Below, one piece after another: positions 7,525 through 15,910 of a stretch of DNA of 40,084 bases. Both the position numbers and the translations under genes were made by a program. The stretch is from a virus. Lineage: Duplodnaviria; Caudoviricetes. Where the stretch lies: positions 1 through 40,084 of IMG/VR virus record IMGVR_UViG_3300020045_005414; one strand, 5' to 3'. Position 1 is the stretch's first letter. Every line of letters starts with the position of its first letter. The notes below the pieces were generated by a model. The model was not told the origin of the DNA. It saw only the letters and a program-made list of their open reading frames with translations, and did no database searches.

Positions 7525-8217
7525 CTACCATCCTTCCATTGGAAATTCTAAATACACTTGACAATTTACACGGATTTCGTTTGTTATTTTATTAACTCGT
7601 TCGGTATTTCTGCTTACTCTACCAAACCAACGCCAACCATTTGAAACAGCTTTAGTGCCTGAGTGAAACGCTTGCCAATCGAAATAATATAAATACCTAT
7701 CTTCACATTCGTGTTTTTGCAAAATATTATCTTCAATAAGCATTTCAACTTCTTTGTGCCATTCACGGTAAATTAAATCGCCTTCTTTTATTTTAGGCAT
7801 TAAACAGTTGCCTATCGCAAATTCAGTAGGACAAATTTCTGCATTTACCAATCCTAAAATATGTTCGCTTTTGTATCTTGGATTATCATAATCAGGCTGC
7901 CCGCCTGTAATAAAATGTTGTCCTGTCGGTATTTCTGCACGTGGTACATCATCGTGATGCCATCCGGGTATTGCAGGATACCATCCCGGCATTAACATAT
8001 GAACCCTGCTGTCAAAAACTAAAGGTTCGTTTTTCCAATCTTCTGGCAATGCATCTAAAAAAGAGCGTGTAATTTCACCGCCATTTTCATAAGCATATTG
8101 AAAATCACTATTAAAAAACATTGGTTCTTTTTTGATTAACGCATTTGGAATTGTAGAAGCGAAAGGATTTAATCTTTTAAAATCACTTTCGAAATATTTA
8201 TTTGTCGTTGCGCTCAT
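7525..8217 (-). CDS. putative 2OG-Fe(II) dioxygenase
   Basis: PGWHHDD (HxD), distal AFHSG histidine, WRWFGR arginine. Confidence 0.7.
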   Translation of the reverse strand: MSATTNKYFESDFKRLNPFASTIPNALIKKEPMFFNSDFQYAYENGGEITRSFLDALPEDWKNEPLVFDSRVHMLMPGWYPAIPGWHHDDVPRAEIPTGQHFITGGQPDYDNPRYKSEHILGLVNAEICPTEFAIGNCLMPKIKEGDLIYREWHKEVEMLIEDNILQKHECEDRYLYYFDWQAFHSGTKAVSNGWRWFGRVSRNTERVNKITNEIRVNCQVYLEFPMEGW

Positions 8218-8221
8218 ATCG

Positions 8222-8515
8222 CTAATTTTTGTAAGTGTTGGTTAATTGATTAAGCAGGAATAAAAAGCATCCTTTATAAATAAGCCATTTGCATTTTGAT
8301 TTCGGTAACCATCCTGCTAAATAGTTTTCCGTTTTTTTTAATTCAAAATACGCTTCTATAATGTCAATCTCGTAATCACCCTTATCTTTGTAGAATTTAA
8401 TAGTGGCTAATGACCATCTAGCACGAAAATAAAAGTAATATCCTAAAAACCATCCGTTCGCTTGTACTGGACAATTACCAGAAGGCTTGTATTCCCATTT
8501 AAATAATTTTTTCAT
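8222..8515 (-). CDS. hypothetical phage protein
   Basis: 97-aa ORF in operon; GNCPVQA...YFRARW motif. Confidence 0.7.
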   Translation of the reverse strand: MKKLFKWEYKPSGNCPVQANGWFLGYYFYFRARWSLATIKFYKDKGDYEIDIIEAYFELKKTENYLAGWLPKSKCKWLIYKGCFLFLLNQLTNTYKN

Positions 8516-8586
8516 GATTTATAATTTTTAGTCCCGTTAAATGCTAAAAATAACCGCTATTATTATTGATAGTATGAATATGATAA

Positions 8587-8754
8587 TCATTTTGAATTAA
8601 TTTTTGATGGGTACGTTTCAAACACTTCTTTTACTGGATAATGATTATCTATCATATCTTGCAATTCCTGTTGTTTAGGCTCTTTTTGAAAAGGTCTAAA
8701 ATTAAGCATATCCTTTTCTCGTAGTATTGCTTTTTGTTCGTCTGTATATTTCAT
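8587..8754 (-). CDS. small hypothetical protein (55 aa, not in ORF track)
   Basis: Hand-translated MKYTDEQKAILREKD...KINSK; ATGA overlaps at both ends. Confidence 0.6.
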   Translation of the reverse strand: MKYTDEQKAILREKDMLNFRPFQKEPKQQELQDMIDNHYPVKEVFETYPSKINSK

Positions 8755-8822
8755 TCTTCCTCTGATTTAGCATATTTAAAAATCAATCCTTGCATCGTTG
8801 CAACTCCAAACATTTCTTTTGT

Positions 8823-9062
8823 TCATTTCTCTAAAATTTCTGAAATCATTAAAATATCTCTACCTGGTATATTTGGATTTTGCCTCAGATATTCAATACC
8901 GTATCTACAAGATTGACGATAGTATTCGTACATACGTTCAATATTCTTTTTTGATGTCATTAAATTTCGTAAACCTCCCGCTTTTTCTTTAGTATACGGG
9001 CTTGTATTTTTCACCGCTTCCGTGAATTGGAAGGTGTTTAATTGGGTGTGGGTTATGCTCAT
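8823..9062 (-). CDS. hypothetical protein, possibly interrupted by a premature TGA
   Basis: 79-aa ORF; the frame stays open for 23 more codons to a TGA at 8751 that overlaps the next ATG. Confidence 0.6.
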   Translation of the reverse strand: MSITHTQLNTFQFTEAVKNTSPYTKEKAGGLRNLMTSKKNIERMYEYYRQSCRYGIEYLRQNPNIPGRDILMISEILEK

Positions 9063-9217
9063 GATATTGGTTTTTTATTTGTTAATACGAAATTTGTAAA
9101 TTCTAAACCATCCGTGTTCAAGTTTATTATGATAATCATTACGGTAAAACTTGAAAGTGTATCTATTTGACATTTCAAAATGCCACATTAATATTCTGAT
9201 GTTTATTAAAATATTGT

Positions 9218-9607
9218 TCATTTTTCAAAAGGTCTTTTAAGCATTTGTCTTTTGCAGGAATGACTCAAACATAAAACATTACTATGTATATTGCTACATA
9301 CTCTAAATGCTCCATCTAAAAAAGCAACTGTGTATTCCTCTTTTCTTTTTGACTTAACAGCACAAAGAACGTCGCCTTCATAGATATCATTTCCATAAAA
9401 ATCTGTCATACCTGTAAATTGACCAACAGATTCTCGTTTTACTTCAAAATTAGTTTCTACCATATCAGATTCTAGATTTGACTCCCCAATTATTTCAAAC
9501 CATATTATTCTAGGTTCTAATTCTGAATTCCAATTTATTAAATTTCCATAAGCCCATCCTTTGTTGTCGGTTCTTAATCCCCTAAACTTTATTTCTCTAT
9601 TTTCCAT
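9218..9607 (-). CDS. YopX family protein
   Basis: REIKFRG...W.YG.L...SVGQFTG..D..G.DIYEGDV. Confidence 0.9.
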   Translation of the reverse strand: MENREIKFRGLRTDNKGWAYGNLINWNSELEPRIIWFEIIGESNLESDMVETNFEVKRESVGQFTGMTDFYGNDIYEGDVLCAVKSKRKEEYTVAFLDGAFRVCSNIHSNVLCLSHSCKRQMLKRPFEK

Positions 9608-9609
9608 CC

Positions 9610-9837
9610 CTAATTCAAATTTTCAGTTAACATTCTTAAATCTTTTGCAGTAAGTCCTACACGTGCTTTTGCAGGACGAACATTTACGCATTCAATATTA
9701 TTGATTGCTTTTCGTATTTCAATCATAACCCGATAGTATTTTAGTATTTTCGGGTTGTCTGATTGCGTGTAGTGATGTGTATTGTTTAGTGAAATTAGTT
9801 TTTCACGTCTGTTTCGGAGTTGTTGGAGTCGAGTCAT
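9610..9837 (-). CDS. hypothetical protein
   Basis: 75-aa ORF, translationally coupled. Confidence 0.7.
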   Translation of the reverse strand: MTRLQQLRNRREKLISLNNTHHYTQSDNPKILKYYRVMIEIRKAINNIECVNVRPAKARVGLTAKDLRMLTENLN

Positions 9838-10055
9838 AGTGTTGATTTGTTTAATGTTATTTCAGAATTAATAGGTTCTCGATTTCTGTTTAGACCAATA
9901 GTGTATTCACTCCCGCACGTTCTGCATTTAAAATACATAGCCATAAGTTTACCTCCATTTTCTTTATGACCGTAAAAAGAATCGCCATCAACGTAATGTT
10001 CACATACAGGACATTCGTCTTTTAAATATCTGTCAAAAATATCTTTTCCTTCCAT
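9834..10055 (-). CDS. small zinc-ribbon protein
   Basis: CPVC...CRTC. Confidence 0.7.
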   Translation of the reverse strand: MEGKDIFDRYLKDECPVCEHYVDGDSFYGHKENGGKLMAMYFKCRTCGSEYTIGLNRNREPINSEITLNKSTL

Positions 10056-10144
10056 TCCTCTACAAATTAAAAATTAAACCTATTATCGTTCTTGCTACGA
10101 AATAACCTGCTATTGTGTAGGCTATTGTTGTTTGGGTTTTTAAC

Positions 10145-10657
10145 TTAAACATCGTGAATAGATATAGCTAATCCTTTTTCAATAAGTCCGTGAATGTCGA
10201 AATGATTTTCTAATAATTCTACAATATGATAATAAGGTAGTAATTCGCAATTTTCAAAAAGTCTAGATGTATATCCTTGTTTATAAAGACCTTCTTTTGT
10301 GAAATATAATGCAAAATCATCCTTTTTGTTCTTACCTGTCATTTCAAAATATTTTTCAATTGTCAAGTCTGATAATGGGTGAAGGATTGGTAAAATTTCA
10401 CGTTTAAAATTAACATAAGTTGTTCCGTGTCTAAATAACATTCCATCTAAATACCCTTCGCCTAAAGGAATGTTTAAAGCTTCACCTTTATTAATTCCTA
10501 TCAATGTCCAAATACTTCCTTTTTTAAAATTTGAAGCATTTAATTCAGCCCATTCTTGGTCTTCAAATTCTTCTGTTTTGTCAGTTAGCAATTGGGATTT
10601 TAGGTTGTATGGTAAATATCCCGCTATGTATTTTGATTCTAGTTCTTCTGTCGTCAT
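10145..10657 (-). CDS. hypothetical phage protein
   Basis: 170 aa; YLPYNLK...PILHPLSDLT...HFDIHGLIEKGLAI, a pattern I recall from Bacteroidota phages. Confidence 0.8.
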   Translation of the reverse strand: MTTEELESKYIAGYLPYNLKSQLLTDKTEEFEDQEWAELNASNFKKGSIWTLIGINKGEALNIPLGEGYLDGMLFRHGTTYVNFKREILPILHPLSDLTIEKYFEMTGKNKKDDFALYFTKEGLYKQGYTSRLFENCELLPYYHIVELLENHFDIHGLIEKGLAISIHDV

Positions 10658-10679
10658 TTGCCTTTTTTTTTAAAAGTTT

Positions 10680-11114
10680 TTACTCGAAATTTCTTTTAGA
10701 ATATGGTTTAGTTAAAATTATATTTAACCCATCTTCAATACTATTGTATAGTAATTGATAGTAATTTTCTTTTTGCGATAATTCCAATAAAGGACATTCT
10801 TCAATAACTTCAAATGTATGATTATCAACTCCGAATTCATCATAAGACGATTGAAGCTTATGATTTATCATTTGGCTTTTCTTATGATTATTAATGCGTC
10901 TATCTACATTTTTAGAGCCACCGATATAGCTTTTGCCAATTGGATTTGTGATTTTGTAAATTCCAGAAACACCTTTTTTATAGTATTCTTTAATTACTGC
11001 GTTTTCCGCTATTTCTTTACATACTAATAATCCAAGTTCGTCAACTATTCTTTTCTCAACTGACGCGCCTATTAATTCTCGTTTCTTTTCTTTAGCTATT
11101 GGATGCCTTCCCAT
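10680..11114 (-). CDS. GIY-YIG endonuclease with an N-terminal putative DNA-binding domain
   Basis: GIYKITNPIGKSYIG...R...H...FEVIEE...E; N-terminal MGRHP basic arm followed by a strand-helix-helix pattern. Confidence 0.85.
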   Translation of the reverse strand: MGRHPIAKEKKRELIGASVEKRIVDELGLLVCKEIAENAVIKEYYKKGVSGIYKITNPIGKSYIGGSKNVDRRINNHKKSQMINHKLQSSYDEFGVDNHTFEVIEECPLLELSQKENYYQLLYNSIEDGLNIILTKPYSKRNFE

Positions 11115-11143
11115 AATTATATGTTTATTTAATTATTGTTATG

Positions 11144-11248
11144 CAAATGTAGAATATAAAAAACGAATAAAAAAATATTAAATTCAGTTTAAATTCATTC
11201 TAAATAAGCTTTTACACATTGCAAATCAAATTAACTTCCCTACATTTG
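11144..11248. promoter_or_regulatory. divergent Bacteroidota-type promoters
   Basis: TACATTTG on minus at 11151-11144; TTG(11219)-N19-TACATTTG(11241-11248) on plus. Confidence 0.8.
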
Positions 11249-11273
11249 TCGAAACATTAAAATTTATCACAAC

Positions 11274-11792
11274 ATGGATTTATCAAAAACAATTATTCCA
11301 AAATCAGACCAATTAAATGCAGACGATTTAATATCAGGGTCAAAAACAATTAAAATTCGTAATATAAAAGGAGGTGAAGATGAAGCACAACCAGTATCTA
11401 TTTATTTCTACGGAGACAATAACAAGCCGTTTAAGCCGTGCAAATCTATGCGTAGGGTTTTGGTTCAATTATGGGGGTCAGAAAGTTTAGTTTTCCACGG
11501 TAGAAGATTAACAATTTATCGTGACGACACTGTAAAATGGGCAGGAGTAGAAACGGGAGGTATTAGAATTAGCCACGCTTCACATATTGCAGAGTCTACA
11601 CGCGTATTGGTTACAGCTTCAAAAAACAAACGTGTTCCAATGACTATTGACGTTTTGCCGTTGGTAGAGTTGAAAGACTTAACAGGTGCAAAAAAAGCAC
11701 TTAAAGACAAGAAAATAACTTTAGACGCTGTATTGGAAAAGTACGATTTAACAGAAGAACAATTTAAAGCCTTGCAAGATGAAACAGTTTAA
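11274..11792 (+). CDS. phage protein, candidate ssDNA-binding/annealing partner of the exonuclease
   Basis: KSDQLNADDL...KPCKSMRRVL...GGIRISH; overlaps the YqaJ gene. Confidence 0.6.
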   Translation: MDLSKTIIPKSDQLNADDLISGSKTIKIRNIKGGEDEAQPVSIYFYGDNNKPFKPCKSMRRVLVQLWGSESLVFHGRRLTIYRDDTVKWAGVETGGIRISHASHIAESTRVLVTASKNKRVPMTIDVLPLVELKDLTGAKKALKDKKITLDAVLEKYDLTEEQFKALQDETV

Positions 11793-12459
11793 GTGTAGGG
11801 CTTCAAAAGGGGGTATATTGTTGACCAACGACAGAAGCGGTAAAGCAATGGGAGAAACCGCAAAATCTTATTGCAAAGAGTGGTTAATTTCAGAAATAAT
11901 AGGAAAAGAAAAAGATATCAAGTCAAAATATCTTTCACGAGGTAAGGTTATGGAATCTACAGCAATTGAAAGGGCTTCTAAATATTATGATTGTGAGTTT
12001 CAGAAAAATGAAATAAACTTAGAAAACGAATATTTCACGGGGACTTATGACGCTAAAAACTTAGAAAGAGTAATTGATACTAAAGTACCGTTTGACGCTT
12101 TTACGTTTCCTTTTTTCGTAACCGAGCCCGATTCAAGTTATTATGCACAACTTCAAATTTACATGGAATTGACAGGGCTAAAAAAAGCAAGCCTTTGTTA
12201 TTGTTTAGAAAACGGGAGCGATGAACAACTACAAAGGTTGTCTTGGGATATAGCTAGAGAATCAGGAAAAGACGAACCTGATATTGAAGAATGGGATTTA
12301 GCAGAAAAAGAATTAAGTTATGACCACTTACCCGACAATCTAAGAATAAAAGTTTTTGAATTTGAATATGATAAGGCATTTATCGAGCAATTAGAAATCC
12401 GAGTATTGCAAGCTAGAAAATATATTGAAACAGAACTATTAACACAAATAAAATTATAA
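11779..12459 (+). CDS. YqaJ/lambda-exonuclease family nuclease
   Basis: RG..ME, TGTYD, IDTK, YYAQLQIYM motifs. Confidence 0.85.
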   Translation: MKQFKCRASKGGILLTNDRSGKAMGETAKSYCKEWLISEIIGKEKDIKSKYLSRGKVMESTAIERASKYYDCEFQKNEINLENEYFTGTYDAKNLERVIDTKVPFDAFTFPFFVTEPDSSYYAQLQIYMELTGLKKASLCYCLENGSDEQLQRLSWDIARESGKDEPDIEEWDLAEKELSYDHLPDNLRIKVFEFEYDKAFIEQLEIRVLQARKYIETELLTQIKL

Positions 12460-12462
12460 ATT

Positions 12463-13539
12463 ATGAACCAAGAAATTAACCCTGTAGAATTTGGAATTGA
12501 ACCAGTAAAAGCAAAAGAAATGTTAAGCGGTCTTTCTGTAATTATGGAAGAAAGAGAAGCTTTAAAATTATCGTACATCGATGTTATAAAGCTACCAATA
12601 ACAGAAGAAAATGTTTCTATTTTCAAAGACCTTAGGATAAAAGTAAGAGACAACAGGACAAAGGGCATTGAACCTTGGCATAAAACAAACAAAGCTTTTT
12701 ATTTGGCAGGCGGTCGTTTTGTAGATGCTATCAAAAACAAAGAAGTTTTAGAAAATGAGCAAATGGAGGAAAAGCTTTTAAAGGGCGAAAAGTTCTTTGA
12801 AAACCAAGAAAAAGAACGCCTTTCATTATTAAAAACAGAAAGAGAAGCTTTTTTGCGTCCTTTTGTTGAAGTTATTCCGAATGGTTTAGAAGATTTAGAT
12901 CAAGATGTTTTCGATTCATTTTTAGAAACTAAGAAAAAAGCGCATTTAGAGAAACTTGAATTAGAGCGTTTAGAAGCCGAAAGAATCGAAAACGAACGTT
13001 TGGAGCGTGAAAAAGAAATTGAAGCACAGCGAGTTGAAAACGAGCGATTGAAAGCCGAGGCAGAGGCAAAAGAAAAAATAAGAAAAGAGCGAGGCGTAAA
13101 AATGCAACCGTACATTGTTTATATTCGTGACTATAATAAACTTCTTGAAATGTCAGACGCTGATTTTGAAAAAGAAATAGCGTCAATTCATAAAGGAGCA
13201 ATGGAAGATATGAAATATCAAGCCGAAAAATTGCAAGCAGAAGAAAACGAACGAACTGCAGAAGCTAAAAGAAAACAGCAAGATTTTGAAAAAGCAACTG
13301 AATTACGTTTAAAAGAAGAGGCTGTTAAAAAAGCCAAAGAGGAAAAAGAAAAATCCGAAGCATTGGCGATTGCGGAAGCGGTTAAATTAGCAAAAGCACC
13401 CGTTAAAAAACAACTTTCAGTTTGGGTAGAATCTTTCGAAATTCCTGTAGTTGGAGTAGACAACGAAACATCAAAAGAAATTATTGCTAAATTCGAGGCT
13501 TTCAAGAAATGGAGTTTAACACAAGTGGCTAATCTATAA
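12463..13539 (+). CDS. coiled-coil phage protein
   Basis: 358 aa, E/K/A/R-rich helical. Confidence 0.8.
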   Translation: MNQEINPVEFGIEPVKAKEMLSGLSVIMEEREALKLSYIDVIKLPITEENVSIFKDLRIKVRDNRTKGIEPWHKTNKAFYLAGGRFVDAIKNKEVLENEQMEEKLLKGEKFFENQEKERLSLLKTEREAFLRPFVEVIPNGLEDLDQDVFDSFLETKKKAHLEKLELERLEAERIENERLEREKEIEAQRVENERLKAEAEAKEKIRKERGVKMQPYIVYIRDYNKLLEMSDADFEKEIASIHKGAMEDMKYQAEKLQAEENERTAEAKRKQQDFEKATELRLKEEAVKKAKEEKEKSEALAIAEAVKLAKAPVKKQLSVWVESFEIPVVGVDNETSKEIIAKFEAFKKWSLTQVANL

Positions 13540-13775
13540 TGAAAGACGCGCTAGGAAACGAAATAACCGTAGGTAATGCTTACGGTTATTCAAGAAACAA
13601 AAGCGGTATGAATATGATTAAATTGGGTATTGCTGTAGAGATAAAAGAAACTGGGATAGTTGCATTGAAAATAAATAAATCGTTTGTATCTGTTTATAAT
13701 GAGCAACCCGAACGAGAAAAACATTCTAAGAATCAAAAAATAAATGTCAAATCTTTTATGCTATTCCCAATATGA
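13539..13775 (+). CDS. hypothetical protein
   Basis: 78 aa; TAATG coupling; KDALGNEITVG start. Confidence 0.75.
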   Translation: MKDALGNEITVGNAYGYSRNKSGMNMIKLGIAVEIKETGIVALKINKSFVSVYNEQPEREKHSKNQKINVKSFMLFPI

Positions 13776-13854
13776 AAACAAATCCAAAAGAAATAGAAGT
13801 AATTGACCCTGAGATAGTGAATCCAAATGAATTAACAATTAAAAAATAGAAATT

Positions 13855-14106
13855 ATGCTACAGATAATAGAATCAATAACAGAAGCGTTTTCAATGCAAC
13901 CCGCAACATTTAGAATTATAGAAGAATTAGGTAAATTTGATAAACCTGAGCTATCTCTTAAAAACATAGAAAGAGAAGAAATTATAACACATTATGAATG
14001 TGGTGATGCTATGCAACAAACTTGTTATATTGGATATAATTGGGAGGGAAATAAAATGTTTCAATACTTAGCGCATACCGTAAACATTCATTATAAAACT
14101 TGGTAA
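13855..14106 (+). CDS. hypothetical protein
   Basis: 83-aa ORF with an A-rich initiation region. Confidence 0.7.
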   Translation: MLQIIESITEAFSMQPATFRIIEELGKFDKPELSLKNIEREEIITHYECGDAMQQTCYIGYNWEGNKMFQYLAHTVNIHYKTW

Positions 14107-14159
14107 CAAGTAAATAATTTGTAACTTCGCAAAGATAAATTTTAACTATTGCATTTTTT

Positions 14160-14186
14160 ACCCTTGCAGAAATGTGAGGGTTTTTT
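14160..14186 (+). terminator. intrinsic terminator of the rightward operon
   Basis: cccttgca-gaaa-tgtgaggg followed by T6. Confidence 0.85.
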
Positions 14187-14268
14187 ATGTTAGAAATCTT
14201 GTATTACCTGTTAGAAATTTTCCTACTCCATCGTAAAAAGCTTCGAATAATCTGTTTAATGTTTTCAT
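14185..14268 (-). CDS. 27-aa amphipathic peptide (not in ORF track)
   Basis: Hand-translated MKTLNRLFEAFYDGVGKFLTGNTRFLT. Confidence 0.4.
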   Translation of the reverse strand: MKTLNRLFEAFYDGVGKFLTGNTRFLT

Positions 14269-14309
14269 AGTATATGTTTTTCTTATGTAAATACAATTAT
14301 TGTGCCAAA

Positions 14310-14465
14310 CTACTTTTTAATTCTGATATTTGCACCGTCTTTGACTTGAATAGCTTTTTTTATCCAGCGAAAAACTTTCCCAGCTTTTGTTGTAGGTTCT
14401 TTATCTGAAATCAATGACCCGAAAATAGATATAAGCAGGTCTATTGGTATTTTTGGCTTTTTCAT
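14310..14465 (-). CDS. 51-aa cationic amphipathic protein (not in ORF track)
   Basis: Hand-translated MKKPKIPIDLLISIFGSLISDKEPTTKAGKVFRWIKKAIQVKDGANIRIKK; ATGA-coupled. Confidence 0.65.
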   Translation of the reverse strand: MKKPKIPIDLLISIFGSLISDKEPTTKAGKVFRWIKKAIQVKDGANIRIKK

Positions 14466-14554
14466 TTGTTAGGTCTAAATTGGTGTCCGATAAAGCATCC
14501 TATAGCAAATCCAATTATTACTGCCAAAACTATTAATTGTTCTTTTGTTTCCAT
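14462..14554 (-). CDS. 30-aa single-TM peptide (not in ORF track)
   Basis: Hand-translated METKEQLIVLAVIIGFAIGCFIGHQFRPNK. Confidence 0.55.
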   Translation of the reverse strand: METKEQLIVLAVIIGFAIGCFIGHQFRPNK

Positions 14555-14564
14555 AATATTGTAA

Positions 14565-15164
14565 TTAATTTTTTAATACTCCTAGCATTTGTTTCCATTT
14601 AATTAAACATTGTTTTCTATGCTCGTAACCGTTCGAATCTCCTTTTTTAATAGTTTGCCTACCTATATTAATTTGATCGCTTACAGCGTCTAAATCGTCT
14701 AAATCCGCATACTTGTTTAAATCGTTATCTTTCCAGAATATTAAAGCGCAAAGAACTGCTTTTTCCTCATCTAAAATAAAATCAGGATTAGCAACAAAAT
14801 CAATTCCTGTTTTATCTTTTAATCTTTTATACCCATCGAAAAAAGTGTTTTGTAGCAAGCCACCGCCTCTATATTTGAAGCCGTCACCCGAGTTTTGATC
14901 CCCGTTCCCCCCTCGATTAGCATAAACATAATTAGCACATTTTACAGAATCTTTTAAATACTGAGACACAAAATCATCAGGTTTGCCTTTAAATGGCGTG
15001 TAGAATGTATTTCTAAGACCTTCAATTGTTTTGAAGTATAACGATTCTCTTTTTGGTTTTAGCCCGCTTTCGTGGTCTAATTGAGCCATGAAATGTGCCG
15101 TTCTTAATACGCTTGTTAGCCCGTAGTTATTGAATAGTGTATTATATTTTTCGTGTAGTTGCAT
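14565..15164 (-). CDS. endolysin, glycoside hydrolase family 19
   Basis: AHFMAQLDHESG, ANYVYANRGGNG...GDGFKYRGGGLLQNT. Confidence 0.92.
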   Translation of the reverse strand: MQLHEKYNTLFNNYGLTSVLRTAHFMAQLDHESGLKPKRESLYFKTIEGLRNTFYTPFKGKPDDFVSQYLKDSVKCANYVYANRGGNGDQNSGDGFKYRGGGLLQNTFFDGYKRLKDKTGIDFVANPDFILDEEKAVLCALIFWKDNDLNKYADLDDLDAVSDQINIGRQTIKKGDSNGYEHRKQCLIKWKQMLGVLKN

Positions 15165-15355
15165 TATTTCACTTTATTTAATCGTTCTTTTCTAATATAC
15201 CATTGGTTAGTAATTTGCAACACCAAAAGCGTAAAACTTAACATTGCCATTATTGATTTAAAAACAATATCTGAATCAACGTATTCGCTAATAAAATAAA
15301 AGAATGTCGAAAACCAAGTTCCTGTATTGAACGCTTTAGATAGTAGGTGATTCAT
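15164..15355 (-). CDS. holin-like membrane protein
   Basis: 63 aa, 1-2 TM segments, basic C-terminus, coupled to the endolysin. Confidence 0.65.
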   Translation of the reverse strand: MNHLLSKAFNTGTWFSTFFYFISEYVDSDIVFKSIMAMLSFTLLVLQITNQWYIRKERLNKVK

Positions 15356-15358
15356 GCT

Positions 15359-15664
15359 TTATTTAGGCTCTAATTTATAGAATGCTATGGCAATTAATAG
15401 AAAAATACCACAGTTTAAATAGTTTAATAATTCATTGTCTAAAGATATAAAGAATTTTAATACAGAAAACAAAAGTATTGATAAAGATAATGAAGTTCCT
15501 AAAATACGAATATGCTTATCTTTTTGCTCGTAAAACAATAGTGCTAGTATCGAATAGTTCGATACAAAAAATGCGCCATTCCAAAAAGCCGTATCTTTTC
15601 CAAACACCATATAAACGGCTGTAAACATTAACAGAATGTATATTGGTATCTTTTCTATTTTCAT
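15359..15664 (-). CDS. multi-TM membrane protein
   Basis: 101 aa with about four hydrophobic segments. Confidence 0.75.
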   Translation of the reverse strand: MKIEKIPIYILLMFTAVYMVFGKDTAFWNGAFFVSNYSILALLFYEQKDKHIRILGTSLSLSILLFSVLKFFISLDNELLNYLNCGIFLLIAIAFYKLEPK

Positions 15665-15909
15665 CCTTTCGGTCCTTTTGGGGGTATTGGGTCGCCTTCT
15701 TCTGAAAAAGCTTGAACCTTATCTGCAGGAGTGAAAAAGTTTTTAATCAGATAAGTAATAAGCGCAGCCAATGCGCATTTAGCAACTATTGGCATAGGGT
15801 AATTAGGGATTAATTCCTGTAACAAATAAAGTACAGGCGTCCCAACTGCCATAATCATTCCTCTTAAAAAATCTCTCCAATTTACTGTTTTATATTCTGA
15901 TTGTTTCAT
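15661..15909 (-). CDS. holin-like 2-TM protein
   Basis: WRDFLRG...two TMs...YLIKNFFT. Confidence 0.65.
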   Translation of the reverse strand: MKQSEYKTVNWRDFLRGMIMAVGTPVLYLLQELIPNYPMPIVAKCALAALITYLIKNFFTPADKVQAFSEEGDPIPPKGPKG

Positions 15910-15910
15910 A

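Noticed and set aside
7385-7564. 60-aa N-terminal extension of the helicase given in the ORF track
   Set aside because: It overlaps the upstream gene and runs through the promoter and leader C; the Q-motif start MQLRYYQ at 7384 is the plausible start.
8823-8825. Genome-wide TGA recoding
   Set aside because: Many genes end in TGA with normal ATGA coupling and long genes are intact in code 11; only one candidate interruption was found.
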